From contig CP154954.1 in the NCBI GenBank assembly GCA_039621445.1, forward strand, positions 30,570,395-30,634,394: a DNA stretch of 64,000 bases, written 5' to 3'. The notes under the pieces were generated by a model, which made no database searches, had not been told where the DNA came from, and worked only from the letters and a program-made list of their open reading frames with translations. Source of the DNA: Euglena gracilis. Lineage: Eukaryota. Shown one piece after another: positions 29,441-41,649 of the stretch. How positions within the stretch are numbered: the first letter of the stretch is position 1; the number at the start of each line of letters is the position of its first letter. A program made the position numbers and the translations under genes.

Positions 29441-30999
29441 ATTGGCTAATGGACCGTCCTTTGGGACCCCCAATTAACCAATGGGGGGTTGGTACGCCGT
29501 GGCGAGGGTGTCCGAACGGGGGGGGGGTAAATGGCGTGGCGAGGGGTCTCTGAGGGGGGGTGTACCATGGTACCATGGCAAATATAAAAATGTAACGGGT
29601 GGCGTGGCGGCGACACCTATGGCTCTGAGGGGGGGTTTTAACGAAATCAGGAGAGGGCCTCCAGGTGTCACGAATGATCGTGTTGCAGCCACATAACACA
29701 TCATTAAATTAAAGGGGCTTATTTGTGGGCACTGGGTATGGACACAACTCTTTCCCACCTGTGGAAATTCTGGCCCTCACGTTTTATCTTGATGTAGGGT
29801 GCCCTACCCAACACACTGGTGGCTCGTTTAACTTGTGCCAAGACTGAGGATCGATATAAACAGAGGATTCATGAGCAAAAAATAAGAGATACCATTGCCT
29901 CTATCACAAAAGCATTTTTGGCCAAGCATGAGGGTGCCCCCTCAGGTGTGGGGGGCTCAGGTGTGGGGGGCTCACTCCACCAGAGGGGTAGGACCCCACC
30001 CGTAAAAGAAAATTTGTCTTCAAAAGCCCTCGGTTGGCATAAAATGGGGGCCATGGGGGGACCCCCCCAAGGGCCAGAAGCCACGTCGCCAAGTCGGAGC
30101 AGCATCATCAGCCAACTCCGGCGAGGCGGCACTAAGCGGGACCTCCTAACCCAGCGCAACGAACAATCCCACAACACGTCGGCGAGCAAGGCATGGCCTT
30201 ACAAGGTCTTTGTGCTTCGCCCTTGGTGTCCCTAACTCTCTTGTCGTTTTCCCTCGAGGGAGTACGACAACAAATACAAAGCCCGGGCGGCTGAATTTCG
30301 CAAACCCTCGAGGTAAGACTGCCAGGGAGGAAGTGAGTGCCTTCTCGCCGGAGTTGGCTGACTCCTTACGCGCACTTGAACACCCAGAAGAAAGTAACGT
30401 CAAATACCTTGCCAATTGGAAGAAGATGACAATCAATCAATTCAAATTATCCAGGAACAGACGCTCGTGTAGATGCTTAAAACAGAAATTTACTGAAGTA
30501 TCTGAAAGATGTTAACGAAAGATGCAATTTTACAAGACGAGCAGCGCCGGAGACCGTCAAGATGGAGCAGCAGCAGGAGTACTCCCGGGAATACTGACCA
30601 GGGAGGAATTGGCCATGAGGGCGGAGCAGAAGAGGGGGATGAGATCCTGCTTTGTTTGCCGGCTGTTTGTTGAGTTTGTGTTCTTCTTGGCAGGGTGCTC
30701 CTTATTGCGGCTTTGGTGCCGGATTTGGCGATGATTTGCTCTCCGACATGGACTTGGCGAAGGTGAACCTCAGTGGCACCCCGGCCTTTCGATGTATGTG
30801 GGTCCGTTTCCGCCTGCCCCCTCCCTGATCCTTTCCAGGGTGGGTGGGGTGGGCTCACCCCCCTCTTGTGCTCCGCCCTCATGGTCACTTCCTCCCTGGT
30901 CAGACTTCTCGGGAGTCCTCGACCATTCGGGCTCCGCACACTCTGGGGGTGAGACTTTGTGCACGAACCCTTTTTCATTATTTTTCGTTTCTGAATCCA

Positions 31000-31850
31000 C
31001 CGCCCGCAATCGTAAATAATTTGCTGAAAAGGCTGGGTAATTTTCCACTGACCAAGTTCACACAACTCCTCACTGGACAATCCCAGTTCTTTGTACATCA
31101 AAACTTCTGCCCCCCTGGTGCTGTGGGCTTTCCAGTGGGAAATTGGAATGCCAAAGGTTTCCAACAACTCCTTGGTCAAAGGGTTTACGCTGTTGGATGT
31201 CAAGGGTTTTTACATCCAATCTCCACAGCAGAGGGGAACCCTGGGAAATGAAAGAAGTTATTTTCACATATTCTTCCATCAAATGATATGGACTCAAAGA
31301 GGGAACGGAATCAATTTTCAACACCTGTTCCCGCATTGGTGAAGGCCAACCCTTTCTTCTAACCAAATCAAATTTTTTTCACCAACCACTGAAATGGTCC
31401 TCTGTGTTCTTGCCAAATACCCCCCCCTCCCTGTGGAGTGTCAGAAGTCTGAAGGACAAAATGATTCTCCACCTGAGCTCTACAAGTGGCATCTCTGAAA
31501 CCTTTTGTGTACTCAAGAATTTCTGCAAAATGGGTAGGGGGTCCCAAAAAAGCAGCATACCTCTGAACTGAACGATTACATTCCTTTTTTAATCTTGTGA
31601 GTAGATGATTAAAACGAATGGACTACAAACCAGGCAAATACTGTAGAGAGAGGCATACGCACAGCGAGCATCAGCCTGTGAAAGTTTGTGCAGGTCCAAC
31701 AGAGCAGTGGCCAAATCCATCCTGGAGTCTTGCAAGCGCTCCAATGCTTTTTGTTGCAAGATGACAAACAATTTTCTGAAGGCACTGTCATAACGCTTTA
31801 GGGGTCCCAAAGTCCTCAGGACATTTTAGATGTCTTGATGTGGCACTTTT
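31000..31850 (-). pseudogene. Tyrosine recombinase (DIRS)
   Basis: LKRYDSAFRKL, RRKGW, WKAHSTRGA (HxxR), LGQWK, FSANYLRL (catalytic Tyr). Confidence 0.9.
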
Positions 31851-31899
31851 TGCTGTTCCAAAAGGAATCTGACACAATGGTGCAAACCAGGGGCCACTT

Positions 31900-32330
31900 T
31901 GGCTTTGGCACTGATTGCCCCCAAAAACCCTTGAACATTCCCTCCCCGGAGGGGTATGACTAACATTTTGGTCCCAGACTTTAACATTTTGCTTAATAGG
32001 GGCCACCATGGACTGGAAACACACACGGGTGCCTCCAAAAGACATTTCACTTCCCTGTTCAGTCTCAGCTTGATGATAAAAGTAAAGGTGACCTTCCAGG
32101 GTGGGTGGGGGGTGCATAGACCTGTGTTACTGAGGACACGTGGCATTTCAGGGCATCCACCAGAAAAGCTTGGTGGTGGGGCCATCTGGCCACAAACTTT
32201 TGGAATTTTGCAGTTTCTGGAGATGCAAACATGTCTGTGTCTGGTGAAATTTTTTTCGGAAAATTTTAAGAATATCCCTGAAAAGGCATGGGCACGGGGT
32301 ATAATAGCCCCGGTCCTGATCCCACATTGT
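31900..32330 (-). pseudogene. Dam-like N6-adenine MTase domain (DIRS)
   Basis: WDQDRGYY, DMFASP, FVARWPHHQAFLVDAL, PWWPLL across frameshifts. Confidence 0.8.
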
Positions 32331-32820
32331 GAGAGTTGTGAGCGCGGGCCACATTTGAGATTTTTTGTAAGAGATTGTGCGCAGCCTGAGGCCTGAATTA
32401 GGACTGAGAGCGCGCGCTGCACGTTGTCAAACCTCATGAGTTGATTGCTGGGCCCATGGGTTGTGGCCTTCTGGGATATCTGCGGACCATGTGATTGATT
32501 GAAGACTGAGAGATTTGAGTTTTGTGCTGTGGTTGAAGTTGGGAAACTTGAAGTGGAATTTGCCTGCCAATGGGTAGGAAGGCGAAGCCCAAGGCAGGGG
32601 CAAAACCCAAGGCGAAGCCCGGGGTCGGGCGGCAGAAAAGGTGTGGATTGCGAAGACGGCCCCCACCCCCGGCGCCGCCCCTGTTTCACAATCAACTCAG
32701 CTCTGACGACCCGACGGTTGACGCTGTGGAGCATGCTGGATTGGTGCATGCACCAGTGGTACATCCTGGAGCTGGACATGGGCAACCTCTTCAAGATGTA
32801 CGTTCCGGTCATTTGGGCCA

Positions 32821-32935
32821 TGCCACAGATGCACATGGGGTGCATGCTGCATATGCCGCAGATGCACATGGGGTGCATGCTGCAGATGCCTCAGGTGCAC
32901 ATGGGGTGCAGGCTGCAGATGGCCCACATGGACAT
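32821..32935. repeat. 30-bp tandem repeat (3-4 copies) in DIRS gag region
   Basis: cagatgcacatggggtgcatgctgca recurs with a 30-bp period. Confidence 0.85.
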
Positions 32936-35900
32936 GGAGTGCATCATGGGGCTGGCCTGACTGGAGATGCAGATGACGGAGATGTGCATGCAGTGACGGC
33001 CAGGTCAGGGCGGGCGGTGGATGATGCCCTGGCCATGCATGCTGAAGTTGGGCATGATGGAGGCACGACCCGGCCCTGTACAACCACTCAGGGTTTGGCC
33101 ACTCAGAAAGCCGGCTGTGCTTTGGCAGCCGAGAGAGGGTCCCCCGGCAGAGCTTCGGCCGCTGCGAGGACATGCGGCATTGGGCATGACGACATCGGGC
33201 ATGAAGACATGGAGCATGGTGACATTGGTGATGTGGGTGGTGATTGCCGTTCTGTCCAATTATTCCAGAGACCGGCCCATTGCGATGGGTTTTGTTGAGC
33301 AGACCGCCCCTGCCAGTGCCCGAAACCAATGGAGATCCAGAAAAGCAGCCAAATCATCGCCGCTGGAGACCCGCATGCTGCCATCATGTCCAACATCGTG
33401 AAGGCGGCACAGCAGGTCACATGGCAAGCGACCGAATCCCTGTGAGCTCCGGCCCGGGAGTTTTCGGTGCTGGCCATGATGGGGCTTGGAACCCCAGGGG
33501 CCGCTGAAGCCCCTGGGTTCCTCCTCTCCCGGGACCTTGATGCTTCAGGCCTTCCCCTTGCCTTTGGACTGGCTGCCATAGCCCTTTCCTCTCCCAGACT
33601 TGAATTGGCTGTCATAGCCTTTTACTTTGCCATATTTGAACTTGAACACTTTATTTCCTGTGGGAATGGGAAAATGAGACATATAATGTCTGGAGAAGGC
33701 TAGCCTGCTTGATTCAGTGCCCACTGGGCTTTGTCCACTGCTAAGTCCTCCTTGAAGAACAGCCCATTGGTTGTACTTGGGATTGCCCCGGGAATGCTGC
33801 CCTTCCTTCTCTCCTACAGCAATTTCTGCTCCAGCACTTCCACAACAAAGAACAGTTGTTGTGCCAATACTTGATAATCTGTATCAACACTTCCATACAG
33901 GCATGTCACCATATTTCCAGGTGCGACATTTTTTGCCGTAGTGCCTTCAGCTGCTTGTCCCAGGCCCCTTTTCCGTCTGAACCATGATTATTATCTCCCG
34001 CTCTTTCTTTTATCCCTTGATACCTTGGTAGCTCCGCAAGCACCGTTTTCCATGGTAGTCGATCTCCTATCTCGACGTGCCAAAGGCACGCCACCAGCTC
34101 TGGCGTCACGTCGTTGTCGTCGTCTCGTCGTCGTCCCCGCCGTCCTCCTCTATCGCGGACCGCTCCGCTCTCTGCGTCATACCCTTCTCCTTCTTCGACT
34201 TCTTTCCCAGACAGCGCTCAGTCAGCATGAACGCCACTTTCGCTGCTGTGTGCTCCAGGTCGATCAGCGGTACCTCCACACTTCCAGCCAGCGGCACCGA
34301 GTACAAGAACGAATTCCTGTACTCCCCAACTTGACTTGAGACGACCGCCACCACTGTCAGCTCGTAGACCTGCTTCGCAAACTTTGACGTGTGTCAGCCG
34401 CCGCCCAGCCAGCGTTGCGACGTCATCGAGACCGGGGTTCGGGGCTCGATTCTGAAAAGATCCTGGCCACATTGCCCTCGTGGAAGAACAGCTCGCTCCA
34501 CGAAGCGTTGAACACATATTCATCGGAGGATGTCAGTTTCTCTGCGTACGTTGCCATCTAATGTTGTCGAAGGACGTTAATATCCGCCAACTCCGGCACT
34601 AAAATACAGTAAGAAGCACCCCGCCAAGAAGGACATAAACACAACAGGATCTCACCCCCAGAGTGTGCATAGCCCGAATGGCCCAGCACCTGGACAACCT
34701 GACGACGCTGGTCGACTGTGGCGAACCGTGGCTGTCCCTTCCCCAAAATTGTTGGTTAGGGCCCCTTACACCATAGCAACGCTTGAACACATTGTGTGTA
34801 CTGGATTGTTGGCCCCCATGGGTCTGGTTCCAATGGCTGTAATGGCCTGCTGATTGTTGACTCTGGCCCTTGTCTTCTAACAACTGCCTGCCATGGTCAA
34901 TTTGAGCGAAATTGGTCTTAGTGCACTCAAAAATCCTTGAAAAACTCTTTTTTTTGGATTTCAGGTGAGCTTGACCTTCCGGAAGGGATCTGATGGTCAG
35001 GTCAGACTTTGAAGCTCGAAACCGAATTTGGACCCTTCCGGCCTTGACAGCCAAAATTTCCGAGTCCGGCCACCTAAATTTTCAGACTGGTCAGGATTAT
35101 GAAATTTCCTCACCCTTAGGATGGCCCACAGGAACAAGCAAGTCTCCTCACAAATTTTTCCTTCACACAGGGTTATTGTTATTACCCCATTGTCAATTCA
35201 AGTACAAAAAAAATACTTTGTTTCCATTGATTTCATTGTTTAAATTACAAGTCTTTAAAGACTGACATCAAAAAATACACTTTGGGAATATAAAAAAAAT
35301 ACACAAGGAGTTCAAAAATGACAAGCAAGCCGGCAGGTCAACCCGAAGCTGAGGCCAGAGGACTGAAGGCCAAAAGCAGCCGGGACTCAAACACGAGGTA
35401 CTACCCGGATTCCCGGCCAAGGCCTAGATGAGGCCCTGCCTGGCAAGGAGGAGCAAGAAGAAGCCCCCCCCCCCAAGAAGCTGCAACTGCAACAATTGAT
35501 GGGGTGGTGCCATCGGCCCCCCCCTGAGGTTGTGCTCAATTACCGCCTAAGGCCATTGATGGCAAAACCAGATGGCCCTCATTTGGGTCATGGGAGTAGG
35601 TGCTTGATGGCCCCCCCAAAGTATTTATATTAGGATGTTGAGCCGCCAGCAACTGCAGCAGCTGCAGAAGACCGATCCGAGGCCACCACACACGACAACA
35701 CACCAACCCCCCCCCCGTGCCAAGCCTGCCTGTCTGCACCCCCCGTGGAAGAAAATCCACACGCAAAGACCCCGAAAAGAAGTAGAACCCCCCAGGATTT
35801 TGAAAAAGAATCACATTCTTCTTCATCCTCAGTGAAGTGGAAAAAAGAACTTCGTCGTGGTTCCTGACGGGTGTGCCGAAAAAAAGTGCAAAAAAAACAG

Positions 35901-38361
35901 AAATCACACAAGGTGAATTCTCTATGTAAGACGAATTACCTCGCCTTGCAAGATTTACTGACAGTTTCAGGGGTGAGTTTCAAAAAGAAGAAGCAAGGCA
36001 AGTTTTACAAGGGTCAATTGCGGATGTAAAAGTAAAAGTCCGAGAAAATTTTTTCTTGTGACATTTCCGTCGGTTGCAACCGGAAAAACAAAAACATTTG
36101 GAAGCACCACAAATTTTGCATGAGGTGTTTTTTTTTCAAAATACGGCGGACGTTGCGGTTTGTCAGCACACGCACATATTTCAGCAAACAAAGTCAAGTA
36201 TTTTTGGGTTTGGTGGTGATATCCCCACCGTGGTTGGTGGCGTTCAGATTTTTGGTGTTCCGTTACAATGTTTGGAAGGCCAAGCTCTTCCTGCTCTCAT
36301 GAAAATCCCTAACCCTGTGGGTTGGAGGGGTGTGGAATCACCCCACCCAAATGTTGAATTTTCCCCGCTTACCCCCCAAGAAACGGGCATGGGGGCTGAT
36401 CATCTTCCGTTTTTGGAAAGTGGGACACCCATCGATGGGAGCCCCCCGGATCAAAATTCACAAGTCCCCCCCCCCCGACGCAATGGAGGAGGAGAGGGGG
36501 GGTCGATCCTTTGGACGTTTACTGAGAAAGAATGGAATAAAGGATGCAATTTCTTCAGGGAAAGCAAGAAAGCCTCTTATAAATGCTCAGTAAGCACATT
36601 GAATTGGTGAGAAGGGAAAGGAAATTTTATGAAAGGTTCTTTCACCAGATTTCTAGAAGGTTTCAGATTTTGGATGAACAGATGGAGGTGTTTATAGGAC
36701 AAATCGCTTCAAAGGAGTTGGACATTGATGAAAAAATTCGGGTGGAATAATCAGAAATCAAAATGGACTTTGCCACCGGTATTCAAAACTTGGAAAGAAC
36801 CAAGGTCAGATTTCAGGACAAAATCACCAATAGTGTTCACGTGATGAAAACGAGAAACGGCAAGAACTTTTTGGAGTGAAACGTCAAGTTTTTAGTTTAG
36901 GAAACACAAATCAAAAGGCGTTTGGTTCCATTTTGTCCAGGGTTGAATGTTTTTCAAAAGGTGCTTCTGCTCACAATTTTGGACTTGAGCAAAAAACATT
37001 GCTCGGTTGGAAAATAGGGGTGTGAGTGAATGGGTTTTCTCCAAGGATTTGGAGTGCAAGGCCCATGTGGACAAGCCTCTCCCAATCCATGAATTTGGAA
37101 AGTCCAAGGGGGCTACCCCAGGGAAGGGAGACCCCCAACCCTGGCGTCGCTGTGGTGACGGCGACTGGGGCCCAACCTCAAGCACCGCTGTGGTGGCGGT
37201 GCAGGGGGGCCTAGGAGTAAGTGCAACAAGCACAGCCCCACACCGGAGCTATGGCGTTGGTATTAGAATGAATGAGAAGGCCTGGGTTGGGACATAAAGT
37301 GACGAGAAGGCATGGGTTGGGACAGAGAGAGGAGAGTGGGTTGGTTTTCGAAAGTTTTCAAAATCCCTCCCCTTTGCTCCCTACCCGGGCAACCTGGGCC
37401 CAGAGGTCGGTTAAGGGCCCGTTTCTGCACGTGGACCCCGTGGACGTTCCAGCACAAGTGGGTCCCCCCGGTGTTCAAGCACCCCCCCGTACAGGAGGTA
37501 CCCCCTTCACATGCCCCCCCCACCATCAACGAGTTGTTGTTTTTTCGTCGAATCAACCAAAAAAGGTTCTACCGTTGTTTCTCTGTTGCTCCTGCGCTGC
37601 TCCCGTGCAAATTTTCCCATTGGGGTGGTGGCGTGGGGGACGGAGGATACCCCAATTTTGGAAGCCAAAATCCAATTTTTTCTTGGATTTTCTTTGACCG
37701 CAATCAATGGTGGAAAAAAAGGAAAAACACAAAATTTCTTCTGGCCACGCTGAAGAGTGGACTGATTTTCTATTTTGCTGGAAACGTGAAAATGCTTTCC
37801 AGAGTCCCAACAGAAGACCAAGACATCCTGTCACTTTTTACTTAAATGAAACCGGTGGAGACCGGTTGAGGCTCCTATTTAGCACGGGAATGATCACTAG
37901 TTTCCAACAGGTTTGGGGGGACAAATTTTTTGGATTGCCCCGTATCCGTTCAAAAGGGGAAGAAGCACCACTACATACACTCACTACCACAACAAACGGC
38001 AATTAAGGTGTAATCAGAGCACCGTGGGAACGTTGTGGTAAGATGGCGCAGCTTGCCGCTAAGCGTTGGTCAAATTTGCCGGATCCCCAGCCCGGGAAGG
38101 GGGAGGGACGTGGCAAGGGGGGTGGCAAAGGCAATTTTCGAGGCAAAGGTTGACAAACTTTCAAGGTCCAAGGAAAGGGTTGTGGAGAAGGAGGAAAATG
38201 AAAATGGTCAAAGGGTGGGTCCCCCTCGTGTTAGGGGGGACGGGAGTGCCTAAGGGGCGGCACTCCTATCCAAGCGCCCTCCACGCAAAATTTGTCCAAG
38301 AAAGAAGATTTGTGCTGCCGTCAACATTTCGAAATACAAAGTCAAACAATTTTTGTCAACC

Positions 38362-38890
38362 AAGAAGCCAAAGGCCTTGTACTTTTTTCAGGAAGCAACA
38401 TTTTTTCGCAAAAACGCCTGATAAACGTGGGTTTGAAGTTTTGACACTATATGTCAACCCCCGTGTAAAGCCCCACATTTTTTGGCGACATTTTGACACG
38501 GTCTTTGGGAAAATTCCTCAAATAAGGGACGTGGACTTGATTTTCGCAGCCGTTCCTTGAACGGAATGTAGCCAAAGTCTCAGCACACGTGAAAGAAACT
38601 TGGAATATTCCGATTCTCTTGCAAAGAAGACACTTTTCATCACAAATTTCTACAACCCCCCAGCGCTGAATGTTTGGACGTTAATTTTTTTCCAATTCAG
38701 GGGTACAAAAAGCCTACCCGCATTTAAGGAACGGTGGAGGGGTTGTAAATTCGTTTATGTCCTGGTTTTGGTGTGATTTACCATCCCCGGTACCAAAAGA
38801 CACACTCACCGTTTGGGTGGAAACGATTATGGAGTGACTCTGAATCAAAAAAAAACGATTCCCTGAACGATTTTGTCAAACTTCTGGTGC
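38362..38890 (+). pseudogene. C5-cytosine DNA methyltransferase relic
   Basis: KALYFF/SGS (motif I), GFEVLTLYVNPRVKPHI, DLIFAAVP*TECSQ (catalytic Cys codon now TGA), RNLEYSDSLAKKTL, GYKKPTRI*G, KRFPER. Confidence 0.8.
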
Positions 38891-39083
38891 AAGGGAAACG
38901 TTTCGAGGAGACTCATGTTCAAAAGTGGGAGGGTTCTTAGGTCCCCATGACACCCCGTCATCAACGACCAGCGACCGACCAGACTTGTGCATGCACGAAA
39001 AACTTTTTTTTGACTCCAAGCAACTGAAAACGGTGAACGTTTCAGAATTGGGTTAATTAATCAAAACATCCGGTCGAACGCAA

Positions 39084-39330
39084 ATGGTGATGGCAGTTAA
39101 TGTTATGGCACCCGGTGGCTCACACAGCGTTTTGAAGGCCTCGTCCGACACAGGTGGACAAACAAATCTGGTGAGGTTGGGACTTTTTGAAAAATTGATG
39201 GTCCCCGGAAAAGAACCTTTGAGGTTGGTCACCGTGAAAGGCGATCTCCTACTGTGTGGGCGGCATGAGTTGGAGGTAAAATTGAATTTTTTGGCACAGA
39301 AAAATGAAAGGTGAAGGTTATCATTACCGC
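39084..39330 (+). pseudogene. Retropepsin aspartic protease relic
   Basis: LKASSDTGGQTNLVRLGL, homologous to ILIDTGAEANLIRQGL at ~51340. Confidence 0.8.
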
Positions 39331-39349
39331 AACTTGCCATCAAATATTC

Positions 39350-40461
39350 CCGGGCAAGAGTTACTCTATCCACTGCATTCCCAGTGGTTCATGCGAGTGG
39401 ACGTGTTTGACGATTTCCTTCAACTGGTGTACAAAAAATGCAGGCTCTTGGCGTTTACCCAGAAGGTCCACGTAGAATTTGCCGTCGCAATAGGTGAAGA
39501 TGCCGAAGTTCAGGCATGGGCATCCCAGCCAGAAACACAGATCCCAGAAACCCGGCATCCGGTCCAGGGCGAGCTCATCCGACTGAAGATATCCCTCAAA
39601 CGCAAGAAGAAGCTCCGTGTCAAAGTGAAAACTCTTGAAGTGTTCGTAAATATGATCATGAACAACGTCGAGAACCGCATCCGGTGGATTGTGTATTACA
39701 CTTCCTGCCTTTCTGATCTATTAGAGATCGTTTTTGAGGTCCCCTCCGACTTCTGCAAGGCAATCAAACACGATATCCACGTCGAAATCCTTGGTCGCAC
39801 GTGAAGGTTCGTCAGCATTCCTGCCTTTTCTTTCGGAGGGTACAGCAGCTTCTCCGCCTTTCCCTTCGGGGGGGGGGGGGCTTGCCGCCTTTTCCTTGTG
39901 GTGGTGGGGCGTCATTTCGCCCTTACCATGTGGGGCTTTCCCACCTTTCTCTTCGTCCTTACCGTTTCCCTTGCCTTTACCAATACCTTTACCATTCGTG
40001 CTCGAAAGTAAATCCACGGTGTCCCAGTATTCCCAGTATTCCGGGTCTTCTAGGGTCAAACCCCAACGAGGCGGGTGTTCTGTACTGTGTACTTTAAACT
40101 CTCCCTCCAGTGACATTCTGCTCCTGGATTGAACAGGTGGTGGGGGTGGGGGTTGTGGCTGTCGGGTACCCCGATGTGGTTGTTCTGATGGCACGTCGGG
40201 CACTTGCCAGGTTTCCTCGTCAGAGTCGACGTGCATCGCTGTGGCCCGCACTTCTGACCCCTGTGAGCGGCGTTGTGGCTGCGACGTCAGATTTTCTGGG
40301 ACGCGGTCACGTTTTCCAACGGCAGAGATGGTAGGTCGCGTTGGTAGAGCTTCCGCCACCACAACCGCCTGTTGTCTCACGGTTTGACTTGATCGTGTGG
40401 GAGGTTGTGTGACTGTGAGCCCTGTCACGGAAATATCACACTGATGGCGTTCCGTCGTCAT
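39350..40461 (-). pseudogene. Unknown ORF (one internal stop) downstream of a Gypsy chromodomain
   Basis: ORFs 39721-40461 and 39361-39558 share a frame. Protein-like text (FDVDIVFDCLAEV..., MPGFWDLCFWLG...). Confidence 0.4.
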
Positions 40462-41649
40462 TTCCGTGCCATCTGCCCTGGTAGGTTATCCATTTCCGGC
40501 AGACGTCGGGTGCTGACGTGCGACCTACCGTTGAACCGCCAAAACAAATTGATACTGTTGGCGGTCCTCCTCCGTGTTGAACGGGCTACCAGTCCAGTGG
40601 TTGAGGTGTTCATCCCGCATTCCCGAGGTCGTGATATATTTGACTGGCATCAGGCGCCGCGTGGGGGTATCCCTCCGCCGGTCGTCTGCCCAGTGGGTCC
40701 GGGATTGATGGTGGTGATTGTTGTTGGACAGACTGAGGTGGTCGTCGGTACACATATTTATTTTGAGGCACTGGTCTGTCCACATAAACAGACACAGGTG
40801 CCGTACCCAGTACATAATACCCAGAAACGGTGTCCTGAGACATGTGCTCCAGCAAGGGGTAATCCCGCCGGGGCACACGTTCATGTGACCGAAAAATACG
40901 TTCCTGCCTTCGTGGGTGCTCACTCCTGACAGTTAATTCCCTATCGACTCCTTGGTTAATCTGGGGGAGTGTGCACGCACATATGCAGTGTAAGTTCCTA
41001 CTTGTAACTGGCGCGTAACCTGAGGAGGGACTTCGACACAGAGGTCACGCATTGTCTAGTAGGCCTCGAAAACGGACGCGGCCGAAGTCGGTGTAATACA
41101 CCATACCTGTCACCGTATCCTGACCAGTATAGTGCATCGTCATCCCTGGTGGTTGGCGGCAGTGGTGATCCCAGAATGCCTCTGTGAGGTGATCGGTGGC
41201 TGGGTTTGCGCTTACACGCAAATCTGGATTTATCGTCTCTGCCGTGGTCTGGATCATCGCACCATCGTACGGTGGAAGACGACTAGAGCCAGATTGCTAA
41301 GACGACCGTGCTTCCGCAGGAGTCGAGAATATCCTTCCGCTTCTGCTGGCTTCAGAGTTCAGCAGGCTGCTGGGTACCATATTCGTAAACATATTGTTCA
41401 GGGTGAGGGCAAGTGTTTGGCTGGTAAGTATTTCGTCCGCCGTGGTCTCAGCCACCAGGCAGCATGGTAGCGCCCGGGGCCGGTGTTGTGGTGAAGGTGA
41501 GAGTAAATTACTATTTTGGTACTTTCTAAGAGCTGTACTCTCTGAGGCTCCTTGGATATTTTCAACGAAATCTGCTGGAAGGAATATGGTAATGAAAATA
41601 ACGATAAAAAAAGAAGAATGAATTTTACACGCACCTTCAAAAAGTAGTT

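Larger units (their letters stand above)
30581..34687 (-). mobile_element. DIRS-1-type element with both ITRs and ICR; gag-like region, MTase, tyrosine recombinase; RT/RH deleted
   Basis: ITRs 30635-30735 / 34580-34655. ICR 30855-30952 is complementary to both extreme ends. YR motifs AHSTRG..LGQWK..ANYLR. Confidence 0.88.
36000..39340 (+). mobile_element. Truncated Gypsy relic: gag - C5 DNA MTase - aspartic protease
   Basis: Degenerate gag resembling 48300-49400; MTase 38362-38890; protease 39084-39330. Confidence 0.7.

Noticed and set aside
39304-39804. 166-aa plus-strand ORF
   Set aside because: Probably the antisense shadow of the minus-strand frame; no motif recognised.
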